DNA of 64,000 nucleotides, taken from assembly GCA_977018835.1 (NCBI GenBank), contig OZ361256.1, positions 6,386,001-6,450,000 of the forward strand, read 5' to 3'. The position numbers and the translations under genes are program-made. Origin of the DNA: Minutocellus sp. GHC0000111. Taxonomy: Eukaryota. Below, one piece after another: positions 44,001-56,800 of this stretch; position 1 is the first letter of the stretch, and every line of letters begins with the position of its first letter. Under the pieces are notes generated by a model, which did not search any database, was not told the DNA's origin, and saw only the letters and a program-made list of their open reading frames with translations.

Positions 44001-47000
44001 TCATTCATCCCCCTGTTCGATCACCGTATAGAGAAGACCACCATTCCAGATGCGAGGCTGATAGGTAGCTCGAAAGGGATAAACAACCCCAGCACCCTGA
44101 AGAACTTGGAGGTCGGGAGACGATGCATACACCGCACCCAGTTCGTCTCCATCCGAGTATCTCATTTGAGCGGTCGTGAGCGTCACATAAAAGGCCTGGG
44201 TCTCACCTGCATTCACAGCAATGGGTGCGTCAAACAAATCCTCGGGAAGGAGAGTGCGCTGCCCCTTGCCACTGCCCTTGACGGATGCTGTGGCGATGAG
44301 TGTCCAGGCCGATTCGTCCTTCTCGTAGCCACGATAGCTGCCGGTCTTGGTGTATACTTCAACGTCGACCATGTCAAGTGTGTTGGTATGAATGTGGCTA
44401 ATGCCTTGGTTTTCAATGTGATTCAAGGCGACGCAGTCATACATATTCCCGGCCTGGCCGTTACCTCCGGCCAAACTAGTTTCGAGTGTCCGGACAGCTG
44501 GGACTGGCGTTGGAGAGGAAGTAGGAATCTCATTGACACCTGGATCCTCTTGCAACGCATATCTGATCTGTCCCTGCCACAATCGTGGTCGGAACACTGA
44601 CTTGAAGGGATACGATACGCCAACGCCCTCGAGGATGGAAATATCATCGTTGGAGACGTATACCTTGCCCTGCTTGGAACCCTTGGAGTATCGCATCTCG
44701 GCAGTCGTTAGTGTCACGTACAGTGCTTGAGTATCTCCTGCCTGGATTCGAATGGGATCAAAGGCATCCTTGGGCAATGGTGTGAGGTGACCTTCGCCTT
44801 TGCCCTGAACGGTGGTCTTGGCGATTCGATGCCAAGCGTTCCGATTCTTCTCGTAACCTCGGTAGGAACCTTGTCTGGTCCATACTTCAACCTCCACGCT
44901 GCTTGTGGAACTGGTGTGGATGCCCATCTCCAGCAGCACAATGTCCTTCTCTGCGACCAGGTTTAGCATATTCCCTGCCTGTCCCGTCCGAGCGGTAAGA
45001 GGAGTGGACAGCGTCGAGGTTGGGATTGTGGGAGGTGGCGTTGGACTCGGCGAAGGTTTGGGCGTCGGGCTGGCCGTGGTCGGCGTTGCGGTCGGACTGA
45101 CTGTCGGCAGCATCGAGGGAAAGGCAGACCAGTAGGGATCTGAGGGCATATTGGTAGGCGATACTGTGGGAGTGTCGGGAGGCTCGACGATTTGGTATTG
45201 GAGGACTCCATTGAAGGCTCGGGGTGAAAAGACGTCGCCCCAGGGATACTTGATGCCAATACCCACAAACAGATCGAGGTCGTCATTGCCGGCAAAGACA
45301 GCTCCCAGCTCATCGTGCTCGGAATAGCGAATATCGGGCGTCGTCAACGTTACGTACATGGCTTGCGTGGCACCAGCCTGGACTCGGATGGGATGAAAAA
45401 AGGAATCCAGAGGTAGAGGCGTCCGGTTGCCAATGCCTTGGCCGAGGACGGGCGTGTCCACAACCTTGGTCCAACCAGCCGAGTCGCCCTCGTGGCCCAC
45501 GTACGATCCCGATCTAGTCCAGACCTCAACGTTGACGGTATTGGTGCTGACGGTATGGATGTCCAACGAAGTTATATCAATGGTCTTTTGAGGGACAAGG
45601 GAGAACATATTCCCCGCTTGTCCGTTTCCACCGGCAAAGCTCGTAATGAGCTCGTTGGATCCAGGTGGAGGGGTCGGAGGTGGACTGGGCGCTGGCGTTG
45701 AGATGGGAGCCGGTGGTTCTTCACCATCAAAGGTGAAATAGAAGGACATATCTTCGCCTGGAGAGCTGATCTGGCTGATACGGATACCGGTCGATACAAT
45801 GTTGCCATTCTGATAGGCATCGGTGTTGGGATGGGGGCCGGTGGAGGCATTCGTCGACGGACCAATGGAAGCTCCGCTGTGCCATACGTCACCACCATCA
45901 CCCCGGCCGTTGCCCTTTTCCAGATCGTACTTGCCATCGGCTTGCAACAGCGCCACGCGATAGTGCTTGCCATTGGTCGGCCAACCATCCTGGCCGGGAT
46001 AGCCCTCATCGCTGCGAGGTGCCCTGTCGTCAATGTGGAAGATGGTGAGACCAGCCTGGGGCATCTTGGCATCAAAGCCGATCCTTTGGCGATTCTCAAT
46101 CAAGAGGTATTCACCGGAGGGAAATCCCTTGTCTATGCGATAGACCTCGGGAGTGCTGGCCCATGGACTCAGCGAGTACGATCCTCCTGAAGTAAGCACC
46201 GTCGGTGAGGCCCATCCCAGCTGAATCTTGGACCACGACGATAGGATGGGTGGATAGTATTGATCTCCTCGAAAGCCCCACGAGTTGCCCATCAGATCGT
46301 ACGATCCGACTCCCTCACCACCAGATCCGTCGTACAGATCGGGCAGACCCAAGAAGTGGCCCAGCTCGTGAGCAATGACACCGATCCGACCAATGTTGGA
46401 GTTGCACGTTCCCCACATGCTCGGCGAGATGTGATACTTGTTGACACGAACTCCGTCATCGCTGTACCAGTGAAACCGAGAGGGCATGGTCCACTTGTGA
46501 GACCATATCCTCTGTGCGTTGGTGCTGCCGTAGCAGTCGGTGCTGGACCACTCGGCGCCGTAACCGGAGTGGAGAAAGGTAATGGCATCGATGGTCCCAT
46601 CACCGTCGACATCGAAGTCGGTGAAGGAGAAGGAGGGGTCTTGATCGATGATGTTGAGCGCATCGTGCAACGATTCGACAAAGATGTTGGAGAAACCGTT
46701 CTGATTGTCGGCATAGTAATGCTCCGTGCGGGGGAGGGTGACCCAATCGTACACGGTCGACTCGACCGTCAGCTGTCCATACGAGCCCTGGGTGTAGACA
46801 TCGCGTACCGACCCAGTGGGAGCCAACAACGGATCGCCACCAACGCTGTTCATCAGTACGTCAATATCATTTCTCGATGGCAAAGTACGATCGATGTGGT
46901 CTGAGAAGCGCATCAGTACGACCAGGTTCTTGAGCATTCCTGTGCTGGTGGTGGCAGTGGAGGAGGCGGGACTGGAGACGGCGGTGGAGGTGGCGGCGGT

Positions 47001-47471
47001 GGCGGTGCCAGTCGTCCAGGCTGCTTCTTCTACCACCTTCTCTTCCTCGAGCCGCCGTTGGTTGCCATCGTCGTCGTAGTAGTCGCAAAGGCGACCACAC
47101 TGCTCGACTTGGACGCTGCTGGCAGGGACGACTCCCTGATGGATGCCCTTCTTCTCGGGGTTGCCACGACCGACGCGCATTCCGCTCGATGATAGCCTGC
47201 CAGATCCATCGGGTGCATCCTCGGCATAGACGAGCCAATGATTCTCATCTTCAATGACGGTATAGCCCCTGGAATCCGTCACGTAGTGGAGTCTTGGCCC
47301 ACCCTTGGCTGATAGTGGTGGTGTCGTGGTGCCATCTGGCTGCTTCTCACGGTACGGATGAGGACTGCTCTCGATTGCTTCAACAGCAACAAAGGCGAGG
47401 AGGGGCAGCAGCAGGGCTACAAAATTGTTGGCGATGGTGTATGTGGTTGGAATGATGCAGCGTTGCCTCAT
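44001..47471 (-). CDS. Secreted M6-family (immune inhibitor A-like) metalloprotease with three C-terminal repeats
   Basis: Signal peptide, NLVVLMRFSDH, RIWSHKW, HELGHFLGLPDLYD, YLLIENRQ. Three GQAGNM-starting domains separated by P/T linkers. Confidence 0.92.
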   Translation of the reverse strand: MRQRCIIPTTYTIANNFVALLLPLLAFVAVEAIESSPHPYREKQPDGTTTPPLSAKGGPRLHYVTDSRGYTVIEDENHWLVYAEDAPDGSGRLSSSGMRVGRGNPEKKGIHQGVVPASSVQVEQCGRLCDYYDDDGNQRRLEEEKVVEEAAWTTGTATAATSTAVSSPASSTATTSTGMLKNLVVLMRFSDHIDRTLPSRNDIDVLMNSVGGDPLLAPTGSVRDVYTQGSYGQLTVESTVYDWVTLPRTEHYYADNQNGFSNIFVESLHDALNIIDQDPSFSFTDFDVDGDGTIDAITFLHSGYGAEWSSTDCYGSTNAQRIWSHKWTMPSRFHWYSDDGVRVNKYHISPSMWGTCNSNIGRIGVIAHELGHFLGLPDLYDGSGGEGVGSYDLMGNSWGFRGDQYYPPILSSWSKIQLGWASPTVLTSGGSYSLSPWASTPEVYRIDKGFPSGEYLLIENRQRIGFDAKMPQAGLTIFHIDDRAPRSDEGYPGQDGWPTNGKHYRVALLQADGKYDLEKGNGRGDGGDVWHSGASIGPSTNASTGPHPNTDAYQNGNIVSTGIRISQISSPGEDMSFYFTFDGEEPPAPISTPAPSPPPTPPPGSNELITSFAGGNGQAGNMFSLVPQKTIDITSLDIHTVSTNTVNVEVWTRSGSYVGHEGDSAGWTKVVDTPVLGQGIGNRTPLPLDSFFHPIRVQAGATQAMYVTLTTPDIRYSEHDELGAVFAGNDDLDLFVGIGIKYPWGDVFSPRAFNGVLQYQIVEPPDTPTVSPTNMPSDPYWSAFPSMLPTVSPTATPTTASPTPKPSPSPTPPPTIPTSTLSTPLTARTGQAGNMLNLVAEKDIVLLEMGIHTSSTSSVEVEVWTRQGSYRGYEKNRNAWHRIAKTTVQGKGEGHLTPLPKDAFDPIRIQAGDTQALYVTLTTAEMRYSKGSKQGKVYVSNDDISILEGVGVSYPFKSVFRPRLWQGQIRYALQEDPGVNEIPTSSPTPVPAVRTLETSLAGGNGQAGNMYDCVALNHIENQGISHIHTNTLDMVDVEVYTKTGSYRGYEKDESAWTLIATASVKGSGKGQRTLLPEDLFDAPIAVNAGETQAFYVTLTTAQMRYSDGDELGAVYASSPDLQVLQGAGVVYPFRATYQPRIWNGGLLYTVIEQGDE

Positions 47472-48470
47472 CTTGTTGTTCTGGCAACGCCGCTGCTGGT
47501 AATAGTATTGCAGTGATTCGTGGTTTGGTTATTCTTGAGAAATGAAGGTGAAACACGCAGTCGGTTGTGTGTGTTGAGACTGCGTTGATGGGTTTTGTCG
47601 GAGGAGCGTCATCCTGCGTTGCGTGTCTGGCGCAACCATGAGCTCGGTGACAGCAGCGCTGGCCTACTGCTACATGTAGTGTTCGCGACGCACACTATAT
47701 AATCTGCAGAAGTCTGCTGCTGCGATGCACATACATTTCACAACGGGCCCTTGACGGGCCTGCCGGCTTGCTTTCCACTTTCCACAATGAGTCAGTCTCG
47801 GCATTTTTGACCGACCCGGCCGCGCCGGCGCGCATCAGTGGGAAAGAAATCATTTTTTCACGAAAAAGAGAGAGCCAAAGCTTCCGTGGCGGGACCTACT
47901 TCGATGTATGTGCATCCCTATCAGCTACTTAGGTGCATAGTACTTCCTTTTCATGCATGTGCATCCTACTCCGTCGAAATTATCCTCTCAAGCAATATTT
48001 GAATAATTGGAGATGTGGTGGGAATCTTTTTTCATTTTGCGCTCTCATTGAGCCGGTCAATACTCAAAGAGAGGAGAGGAACTTTCAGAGTGAGACATAC
48101 TATTCGTGTAGAACCCGCAGAGAAATCAATCCTTGATTTCAGAGTTCCCTACACTTCATTGCAACCCAGCCAAGACGATCGTCATATCTCCAATTGATTG
48201 ATTCACTCTCTTATCTTCTTCACATCGATTGCTGATCTCTGTAGCAAATTTCATTGCATTATCTTCATTGGGTAAGTCTGGGCTCTCTTCTCGACGTCGT
48301 CGCATCGTCATTGGTGTCTTGGTAATTTGATCTTGCTCTCGTCTTTCTCGCCGGTATATGCACACATTCGTTCTCTCAGCAATTTTCCTCGCTTCTCCTC
48401 TTCATACTCTCTACAATTGTATGCTTGATCACCATCTTGACCCGATATTCAGGCCGCCAAGGACAAAATC

Positions 48471-51400
48471 ATGAGTCGTCGTACTCGGCAACGACAGCGA
48501 CGTCGCATCCGTCTTCATCTTACTTTCAGATTTTTCCTTCCCTTCATCGTCATTGGTCTATCGTGTCTTCTATGTGTCCTCTCCGGTGGCGTGGGTGCTG
48601 CGTCCTCACCACCATCTTCCGATCTTGATAAGGAGGAGGATGCTATCGCCGATGATGATACCTTTCAGACCATTCACGTGCCGCTTTCACCTCTGGAGTT
48701 TCACATCAGTGGCAAGCTACATACCGATGATACAGAGCTCGCCAGGGCCAAGGATTCCTTGACTCTTGCCTTCTTCCGTCTTCTTCGTTCGCATTATGGC
48801 GCCTGTCTCGGCAATGTGAATCTCAAGCTATCTCTTGAACAGATTGAGCCGATTCCAATGCCGATGTCCTTGGCCGCCATGGACGAGAATGAGGACGCAG
48901 ACTCCAGCGGCCCGTACTCGCTGGATCGTGGGAAGGAGACCGCCATCCTCGTCGCTGGGGCAACCGCTACTTTTTTACATTGCAGAACGTCTGATATGCC
49001 ATCACTCTCCGCCAAGGACATTGATGAGATCATTAGACGGAGCAGTGAGACCTTCAAGCATGTCGCATCCATCGTCTTCACTTCGTCCTCCCCGAGCAAC
49101 GATAATCTCTATCATTCTCTTGTGAGAATCGCATTCAATGCCTCTAGTCGAAGGACCTTCCTACCAGCACTAGTACATCGCGATCAACCGACAAGGTTTC
49201 TAATCCTGCTTCCATCAGTAGCGCTCGCGAGCTGAATGTCGTCACTGCCAATGAAGGCAGTAGCGCCATTTCAACAAGGGTACTTGAGTCTGATGTGACT
49301 TGTATTCCTCAGGTCACCGGTAGTATGAAATTAATGCGAGGAGAATTCATCTGCTCACCAAGTCTAGAATACAGCTTTGGGATGACTCAGAAAGGAGACC
49401 TTTCCCTATTGCGCAATGGAGAGACAATCTGGTCGGTGAGCATCATCTATGAATAGTATTCTTGCATTGATTGTGCACATTTGTTTGGCTCTATGAATGA
49501 TGTTTCGCCGCTTTTCTAACTCATGAGAATACTGTTTTTCACTCTTTGATTTGATTTGATTATTGTCAAGGCCAATACTCAAGGAAGCTACGCGTTGATG
49601 CAGGTCGATGGCAATCTGGTCGTACGGTCATCATCTCTCTGGCCGCTTTGGGCTTCTGGAACGAGCGACAATCGCAATGCCTCCCTCTCTCTTGGCGATA
49701 ATGGAGTTGTTAAAATAGATAACAAGAACGGCAAAAGGATCTGGAAGATCGGCAAGGCCTCCAATCCTACCGACAATCCCAATGATGACTCCAACGAACC
49801 CTCCGGCCTTGATATCTCTGAAGGCGACGACAGTAAAGACACGGAACAGGCTGCCATTACTTCCATTGAACAGGTCATTGGAAAGATCAGGCTGTACGCC
49901 AACGAGTACATATGCTCCCCTGACAGGCGCTTCGTCTTTGGTATGTCCAGCGACGGGGACCTCTCTCTCCTCGATCAGATCACCCAACCCAGCACCAAGT
50001 TGTGGAGCACAAATACTTCGAGTCAGACTTCATCAGATGACGAAGCCTATGCTAAATTTCAGAAGGATGGTAATCTAGTGGTTTCGACAACCTCCGGTAC
50101 CACCCTCTGGACTTCGAAGACAGCAGGAGCCGGTGACCAGGCATCTTTGGTCCTTGATAATAATGGAATCGTCTCAATCCTTGATTCAATGGGCCGTAGA
50201 GTTTGGTCCGCTCGTGGCATTGGCGTCGATGTCGACTATTATTCCGACGACATGACCGACAACAAGTTTCAACAGGGCAACGCCAACTCCAATTCTCTCC
50301 CTCTTTCGTCATCATCTGCTCTTGATGGCTATACCAGCCTTGATCAGGTCGTCGGTGACAGAATGACCTTCGACCAAGGCCAGTTCATTTGCAGTCCTGA
50401 TTCTACTTGGATGTTTGGCGTCGATAACGACGGAGACCTATCGCTCTGGGCCGCTACTACCAAGGTCTGGAGCGCTGGGACGGCAGTAGGCGAACCAACG
50501 TCAGCAAAATTCTCACAGAAGGGCAACCTTGTCGTCAAGGTGGTATCTAATAACAAGCAATTGTGGTCATCCAAGACTTCTGGCAATCCAGGAGCCTCTC
50601 TCTTCCTTGGAAATGTTGGCAACGTATTGATCACCGACGTCGACGGCAAGAAGCTTTGGATTGTTCGTGGTGGGGACTCTGTTCCTAACCCAACGCCTTC
50701 TCCGACTGCAGATCCCAACCATTTTATCTGCAAGGACCAAGTCATTGGCAAGATTGCTCTGGAAAGAGGTGAATTCATCTGCTCCGACGCTTACCGGTTC
50801 GGTGTGTCTCCTGACAATGGCGACCTTTCGCTTTGGGTCTCGGTCGATTCTTCTACCAGTATTAAGATCTGGTCGGTGGATAGCGAGGGCGCCTCCAAGG
50901 CCACCCTTCAAGTTGGTGGAAATTTGGTCGTTCGCGATAGCGCTGGCGATCCACTCTGGACCTCCAAGACTTCGAACAACGAAGGGGCATCTTTGGTTTT
51001 AGGTAGTGATGGCATCGCCAACATTGCGAGCACCGACGGAACAGTGCTTTGGACAACAAGCACTCCCTTTGATGGTCGAGGAGCAGGCAACGGTCCAACT
51101 CCTCCGGCGCCCCCCTCCTTCCCTCCCACTCCCCGAGTCACTACACCTCCCACACGTACACCGATTGCAACTGCTACACCGGCTCCTGTAGAGGTAGGTT
51201 CTCCTACTTCAAGTGCTCCCACATCTACCAGCGGATGTATCAGTGTTCTTGAAGGTGGCGGTAGGATCGAGCTCTACCCTGGACAGTTCGTGTGCTCCTC
51301 AAGTGGAACGTATCGGTTTGGAATGGATTCGACTGGAGATCTTGGTCTCTGGAAAAAATAAAACAAGAAGTGGTCTGCAGGAACCGATGGAAGCAACAGC

Positions 51401-52924
51401 GGCAGAGATAATTACGCCAAGCTTAGAGATGATGGTACTCTCGTTGTTCGAAATTCGGAGCGGGTCCTTTGGTTGTCAGGCACCTCATCATCTGGCTCCT
51501 CTTACCAAGGATCAACCATTGAAGTGCACGACGATGGTGTTGCCACCATTACTTCTTCGACCGGATTTTATATTTGGTCTTCTGCGGCTGCGTCGGATGA
51601 GCTAATTGCCGATGCATCGACCTTGGAGGAGAAGATTATGGCAGGCTATCAAGGCTGGTTCTATACCGATTCCGATGGTAAGTCAGCCAGCGGCACTTAT
51701 TGATTCACCTTCTCATCTTGCACTAGGATTCCTTATCAATGCCAACGATATTTTTTTCCTTTTGCACCTCTATTATTGCATCGTCCCGCAGGTGGGCTCA
51801 ACAGATGGCAACACTGGTCCGACGCTCGGACAATTCCCGATAGAAACACCGTCACGATCGATATGTGGCCAGATCTGCGAGAGTACGATGCCGATGAGCT
51901 CGCCGACACCGATTTCAAGTACAGTGATGGCTCCACTGCTGGACTGTACAGTGCCTACACCACCAAGACCGTCGAGCGACACTGTTGTTGGCTCCAGGAT
52001 TATGGAATTGACGGACTCTTTGTCCAGCGATTCATTGGTGATGCTCTGAAGTGGCCCCACATTCGAGACCAAGTGCTGAATAACGTCCGCAGCGGATCCG
52101 AGAAGTACGGAAGAGTCTTTGTCAACATGTATGATATTGGCAACGGAGACCAGAGGACCCTCGTCGAGGACATCAAGAGAGATTGGATGCATCTGGTTGA
52201 TGATGAGCGCATCACTGAAAGCAAGAGCTACCTTCATCACCGAGGGAAGCCCGTACTCGCAATGTGGGGGTGGGGCTTCACCGACCGCATCGGCACTCCC
52301 AGCCAAGCCAAGGAGCTCATCGCATGGTTCCAGGAGACTGCCGATCCTCGATACCAAGCAACTGTGATGGGAGGTGTCCCCGCCGGCTGGAGGACGCTCA
52401 GCCGAGATTCCAGAACCAACTCTGGATGGAGCGGTGTCTACCGTAGCTTCGACATCATCAGTCCATGGACGGTCGGGCGCATGGTTGACTCCGCCAGCGC
52501 CGACTACTTTCAGAAGAATTACATTGATCCCGATATGGCAGAATGCAACTCGCTCGACATTGATTATTTGCCCGTCGTCTTTCCAGGCTTTTCCTCCCAT
52601 AATCTCAAGCCCGACAAGCCCTTCAATGAAATCCCTCGCTTGGGGGGTAGCTTCCTCTGGAAACAGCTGCACAACGTCATCCGCTCCGGCACAACCATGG
52701 TGTATGTGGCCATGTTTGACGAAACTGACGAAGGTACAGCCATCTTCAAGACTGTTGAAACAGCCGATCAGAATCCCACGAGAGGCAAGTTCCTCACCCT
52801 CGACGCCGATGCCGGCTATGGCAACATCCCCAGCGATTGGTACCTCCGTCTCACCGGAGCTGCTGGCAGAATCCTCAAGGATGGCAATCAGGATATTACC
52901 GAGACCGTTCCTGCGAATCCTTGA
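48471..52924 (+). CDS. Membrane-anchored protein with five bulb-type lectin modules and a GH99/GH71-like glycoside hydrolase
   Basis: N-terminal TM segment; repeated EFICSP...GDLSL...DGNLVV...LW.S.T; C-terminal MAGYQGWF...VAMFDETDEGTAIFK. Introns 49436-49570 and 51678-51791. Frameshift at ~49148 and TAA at 51359. Confidence 0.8.
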
Positions 52925-53124
52925 GGGAGAAAGAGAGAGCAAGAGACTGATGGTAGAATACGTGCAATCTGTGCGAAGGATTAGAAGAGAGAAATGATCT
53001 ATATGTTCCGGTGCTGTTCGTTTCCTCGTACCGGTACCGCCGCGAAATTGGACAAAGGAGAGAAATATTTAAATATAGGATTCCTAAGTGGTGAATCACT
53101 AGCAAATGATAACTTGTAAAGATA

Positions 53125-53506
53125 TCTCTAGACTAGATCTAACTACATGTACTAGAATCTACGTGTAGTAGTACATGTACTAGTACAGCTACATGTATAA
53201 TTTTTTTAAGACGACCACGACTTTCTCGATCTCCCTTCTTCTGGCTACTACATGTATAAGCTGGCAGTGCTCGTTCTCAGAGAGAGAACATAGCTGTACT
53301 GTAGAATAGACTGCTTTTATGTACCGTGCGATGAGATGTGACCCATAGTGTGTGTACCAGTGGTTGGTGTGGTGGCCTGGCGCTCCTGCTGCTGCTGCTG
53401 CTCTCCTTCTGCGCTCTGCTGCTGCGCTGCTGCTTGTTGCGGCTTCTGCTCTGCTGCTGCGGCTGTACCTAGGTACGTACACATGTGCGTACATGTACGA
53501 GCATGC
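53125..53506. repeat. Palindromic TA-centred tracts and (CTG)n-like low complexity upstream of SMC2
   Basis: ctagactagatct, tacatgtactag, gtacctaggtacgtac, gctgctgct runs. Confidence 0.75.
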
Positions 53507-53821
53507 AAGAACCCGGATACGGATTGAGTGAAAAGTAACCCGGACTTCAGACCAAAAAAGTACCGTTGCAATGGTATCAGTCCTCGCATACTGGTACAGC
53601 GTATTGGTGGTACGATAGCTGCCGCCTATTGATATTGTTGTTCCATACGACGAGAGGGAGAAGAGCGGTTCGATTCGATTCAATTCGTTTCGTTTCGATT
53701 CCGTCCTCATTGTATCCCGAGCGAGTTCAGTTGACTTGCCATCGGGAACACAAAAATCTGTGGTTCGAAACATCGAATCTGTTCCAAGGAACGCATCATT
53801 ATCGAACGAACGTAGTCAGCC

Positions 53822-56800
53822 ATGTACATTCAGGAGATCGTCGTCGATGGCTTCAAGTCCTACGCTCACCGGACGGTGATTGCGGGGTAAGTTCCGATGC
53901 TGGGCTGGGCGCGCATCGTCTGCTGTGGCTGTGGTTGTGCTGTGGAATTGTTGATAAATATGGCACATCTCTCGACTTTGATTCTCTCTCCTCCATCTTC
54001 GTATACCTCAATTGTTCTTACCACCAACCGACTGACAATCAAATCACTTCTCCTTGACCACTTCCTTAAACCCTCATCAGATTCGACCCCCACTTCAATG
54101 CCATCACTGGTCTTAACGGATCTGGCAAGTCCAACATTCTCGACTCCATATGCTTCGTCCTTGGCATTACCAATCTGTCCCAGGTCCGTGCCGGCAACCT
54201 TTCGGAGCTCGTCTACAAGCAGGGCCAGGCCGGCGTGAACAAGGCCAGCGTTACCGTCGTCTTCAACAACGAGGATGAGTCCACCAGTCCCGTCGGATAC
54301 GAGCAATGTCCCGAGGTGACCGTTACCCGTCAGGTCCTCCTCGGCGGACGGAGCAAGTATCTCATCAACGGCCGGAATGCTCCCGCCGGACAGGTGGCCA
54401 ACCTCTTCCATTCCGTCCAGCTCAACGTCAATAACCCTCACTTCCTCATTATGCAGGGCCGCATTACCAAGGTCCTCAACATGAAGCCCAACGAAGTTCT
54501 GGGCATGGTCGAGGAGGCTGCCGGTACGCGCATGTACGAGACCAAGCGCGTCGCCGCCATCAAGACCATCGAGAAGAAGCAGACCAAGGTCGACGAGCTG
54601 AACTCCGTCCTCTCCGAGGAGATTACTCCCACCCTCGAACGATTGAGGGGTGAGAAGCAGCACTACCTCAAGTGGTCCAAGAACAACGCCGACATTGAGC
54701 GCATCGAGCGCTTCGTCGTGGCCAGCGACTATTCCAATGCCGAGGAGATTGTTGCCTCCAGCGCCGGCGAGGTCGATGCCCTCCAAGAGAAGGTGGCCGA
54801 GTACGAGACATCCGTCAACGAATGCCGAGAGGAGATCGCCGCCAAGGAGGAGGAGATCGAGGCTACCTCCTCCAAGCTCAGTGGCGTCGTCGAGGAGCAG
54901 CACAAGACCGCCAAGGCTGCCGAGGAGAAGCAGTCCAAGGCCCTCGTCAAGGCCACCTCGGCTTGGCAGAACAGCAAGAAGGCCGTGGCCAGCGCCGAGA
55001 AGGACCTCGAGGCTGCCAATGCACTTGTAGTTGAGAGCAAGGCCACCGTTGTGGCCAAGGAGGAGGAAATTTCCAGCGACTCTACCGCCATTGAAACTGC
55101 CAAGGCCGAGGCGACCGCCGCCGAGGAGGAGGCCGAGAGGTTGGGTGTTGAATATCAGAACATGTGCGCCGGTATCAGCTCTGGAGAGGGCGATGAGGGC
55201 ATGACGCTGCCCGATCAGATTAGCAAGGCCCACAGCGATGCCAACAATGCCGAATCCCGATCCAAGCAGGCCAAGATGAAGATTACGCACCTTACCAAGA
55301 CGATGAAGGTACGTCTATGAAAAGTCAAGTGTTCTTGAGGTTTGCTCACATCGTTTCCTCGTGGAAATCTCACATATTTATGTTTGATCCCTCTATCAAA
55401 ATCTACAGAGCGTTGAGAAGGATATGAAGAAGGAGCAGAAGTCGGCAGAGAAGTTGTCGGCCAAGAAGGACAAGGCGGCCGAAAAGGTGGAGTCCATCAA
55501 GACCAAGATGTCCCAGATCGACTTCAGCGAGACCGAGTTCAATGCCCTCGAGACCGAGAAAATCGATCTTGAGAACGAGGTATCTGGCTTGCGAGAGACC
55601 GTGGAGACTCTTTCGGCTCAGCTCGAAGGCCGTCTTGCTTTCAACTACTCTGATCCCGTCCGTGGTTTTGACAGGAGCAAGGTGAAGGGCACCGTTGCCA
55701 AGCTCATCAGCGTCAAGCAGCCTAAGCATTCTACGGCCCTTGAGGTCGTTGCCGGAGGACGTCTTTACCAGGTTGTCGTCGATGAGGCCATTACTGGCAA
55801 GGCCCTTCTTGCCAAGGGCAAGCTGAAGCGCCGTGTTACCATCATCCCCCTCGATAAGATCCAGTCTCGTCGTGTCACCGACTCTACCGCCGAACACGCA
55901 TCCTCAATCGCTCAGAAGATGGGCACCACCGCCAATACTGCTATTGAGCTCGTTGGATTCGACGAGGAGGTCCGAAGCGCTGTGGAGTACGTCTTTGGCT
56001 CTAGTATTGTCGTTGATGGTATGGAGGCCGCTAGCAAGATCTGCGATGCCACCAAGACTCGCACTGTTACTCTTGACGGCGATGTTTTCGACCCCACCGG
56101 TACCATCTCGGGCGGTTCAAAGAACAATTTGGGCTCTACCCTCGGAAAGCTGACGGAACTTACGACCGCCAAGACCGAACTCGATGCCAAGGAGATTCGT
56201 CTCAATAAGGTGACGACCAAGCTCGACGGCATGCAGTCCATGTCGAAGAAATTTGGCAAGCTCAGCGATGAGCTTGAGATTGCCGAGGCAGAATATGCCG
56301 GCGCCGAGAAGCACCTGTCCCAGACCTCTTACGGTATGCTTTCCGAAAAGTACGAGAATATGAAGCAGGAGGTTGACGAGGCCAACGATGAATTCGAAAC
56401 GATGGAAGAAGAGAAGGAGGCCAAGTGGAACCTGTACAATGAGCTAAAGGAGAAGGAGGCTGAGCTAACACGGCAGAGGGAGGAGCGGCTAAAGGAGATT
56501 GACGCCAAGGTCAAGAAGGCGAAGAAGGTCGCAGCGGCCAAGGCCAAGGAGGCACGCGAGGCAGAGAGCAAGTCCGAGACGTCTGTACTCGAGCTTGAAA
56601 GTCTCAAGGCCGAAGTTGTTGCCGCTGAAGAGGCCGTAGTTGCCGCCGAGAAGGCTCTGGAGGAGGCCAAGGAGGCCGAGGGTGATATGGAGATGAAGGT
56701 TGGCGAGATCAAGGCCCTGTACGACGAGGCCAAGGCCGAGCTTGATGAGGTAGAGAAGCAGATTGCGTCTTGTTCCAGCGAGCTCAAGGCTCTCAATAAG

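Noticed and set aside
53189..53773. 194-aa minus-strand ORF
   Set aside because: Produced by low-complexity and palindromic tracts.
53866..55290. Long antisense ORFs (also 18311-19387, 22347-23171, 51773-52942)
   Set aside because: Shadows of GC3-biased sense genes, with no independent motifs.
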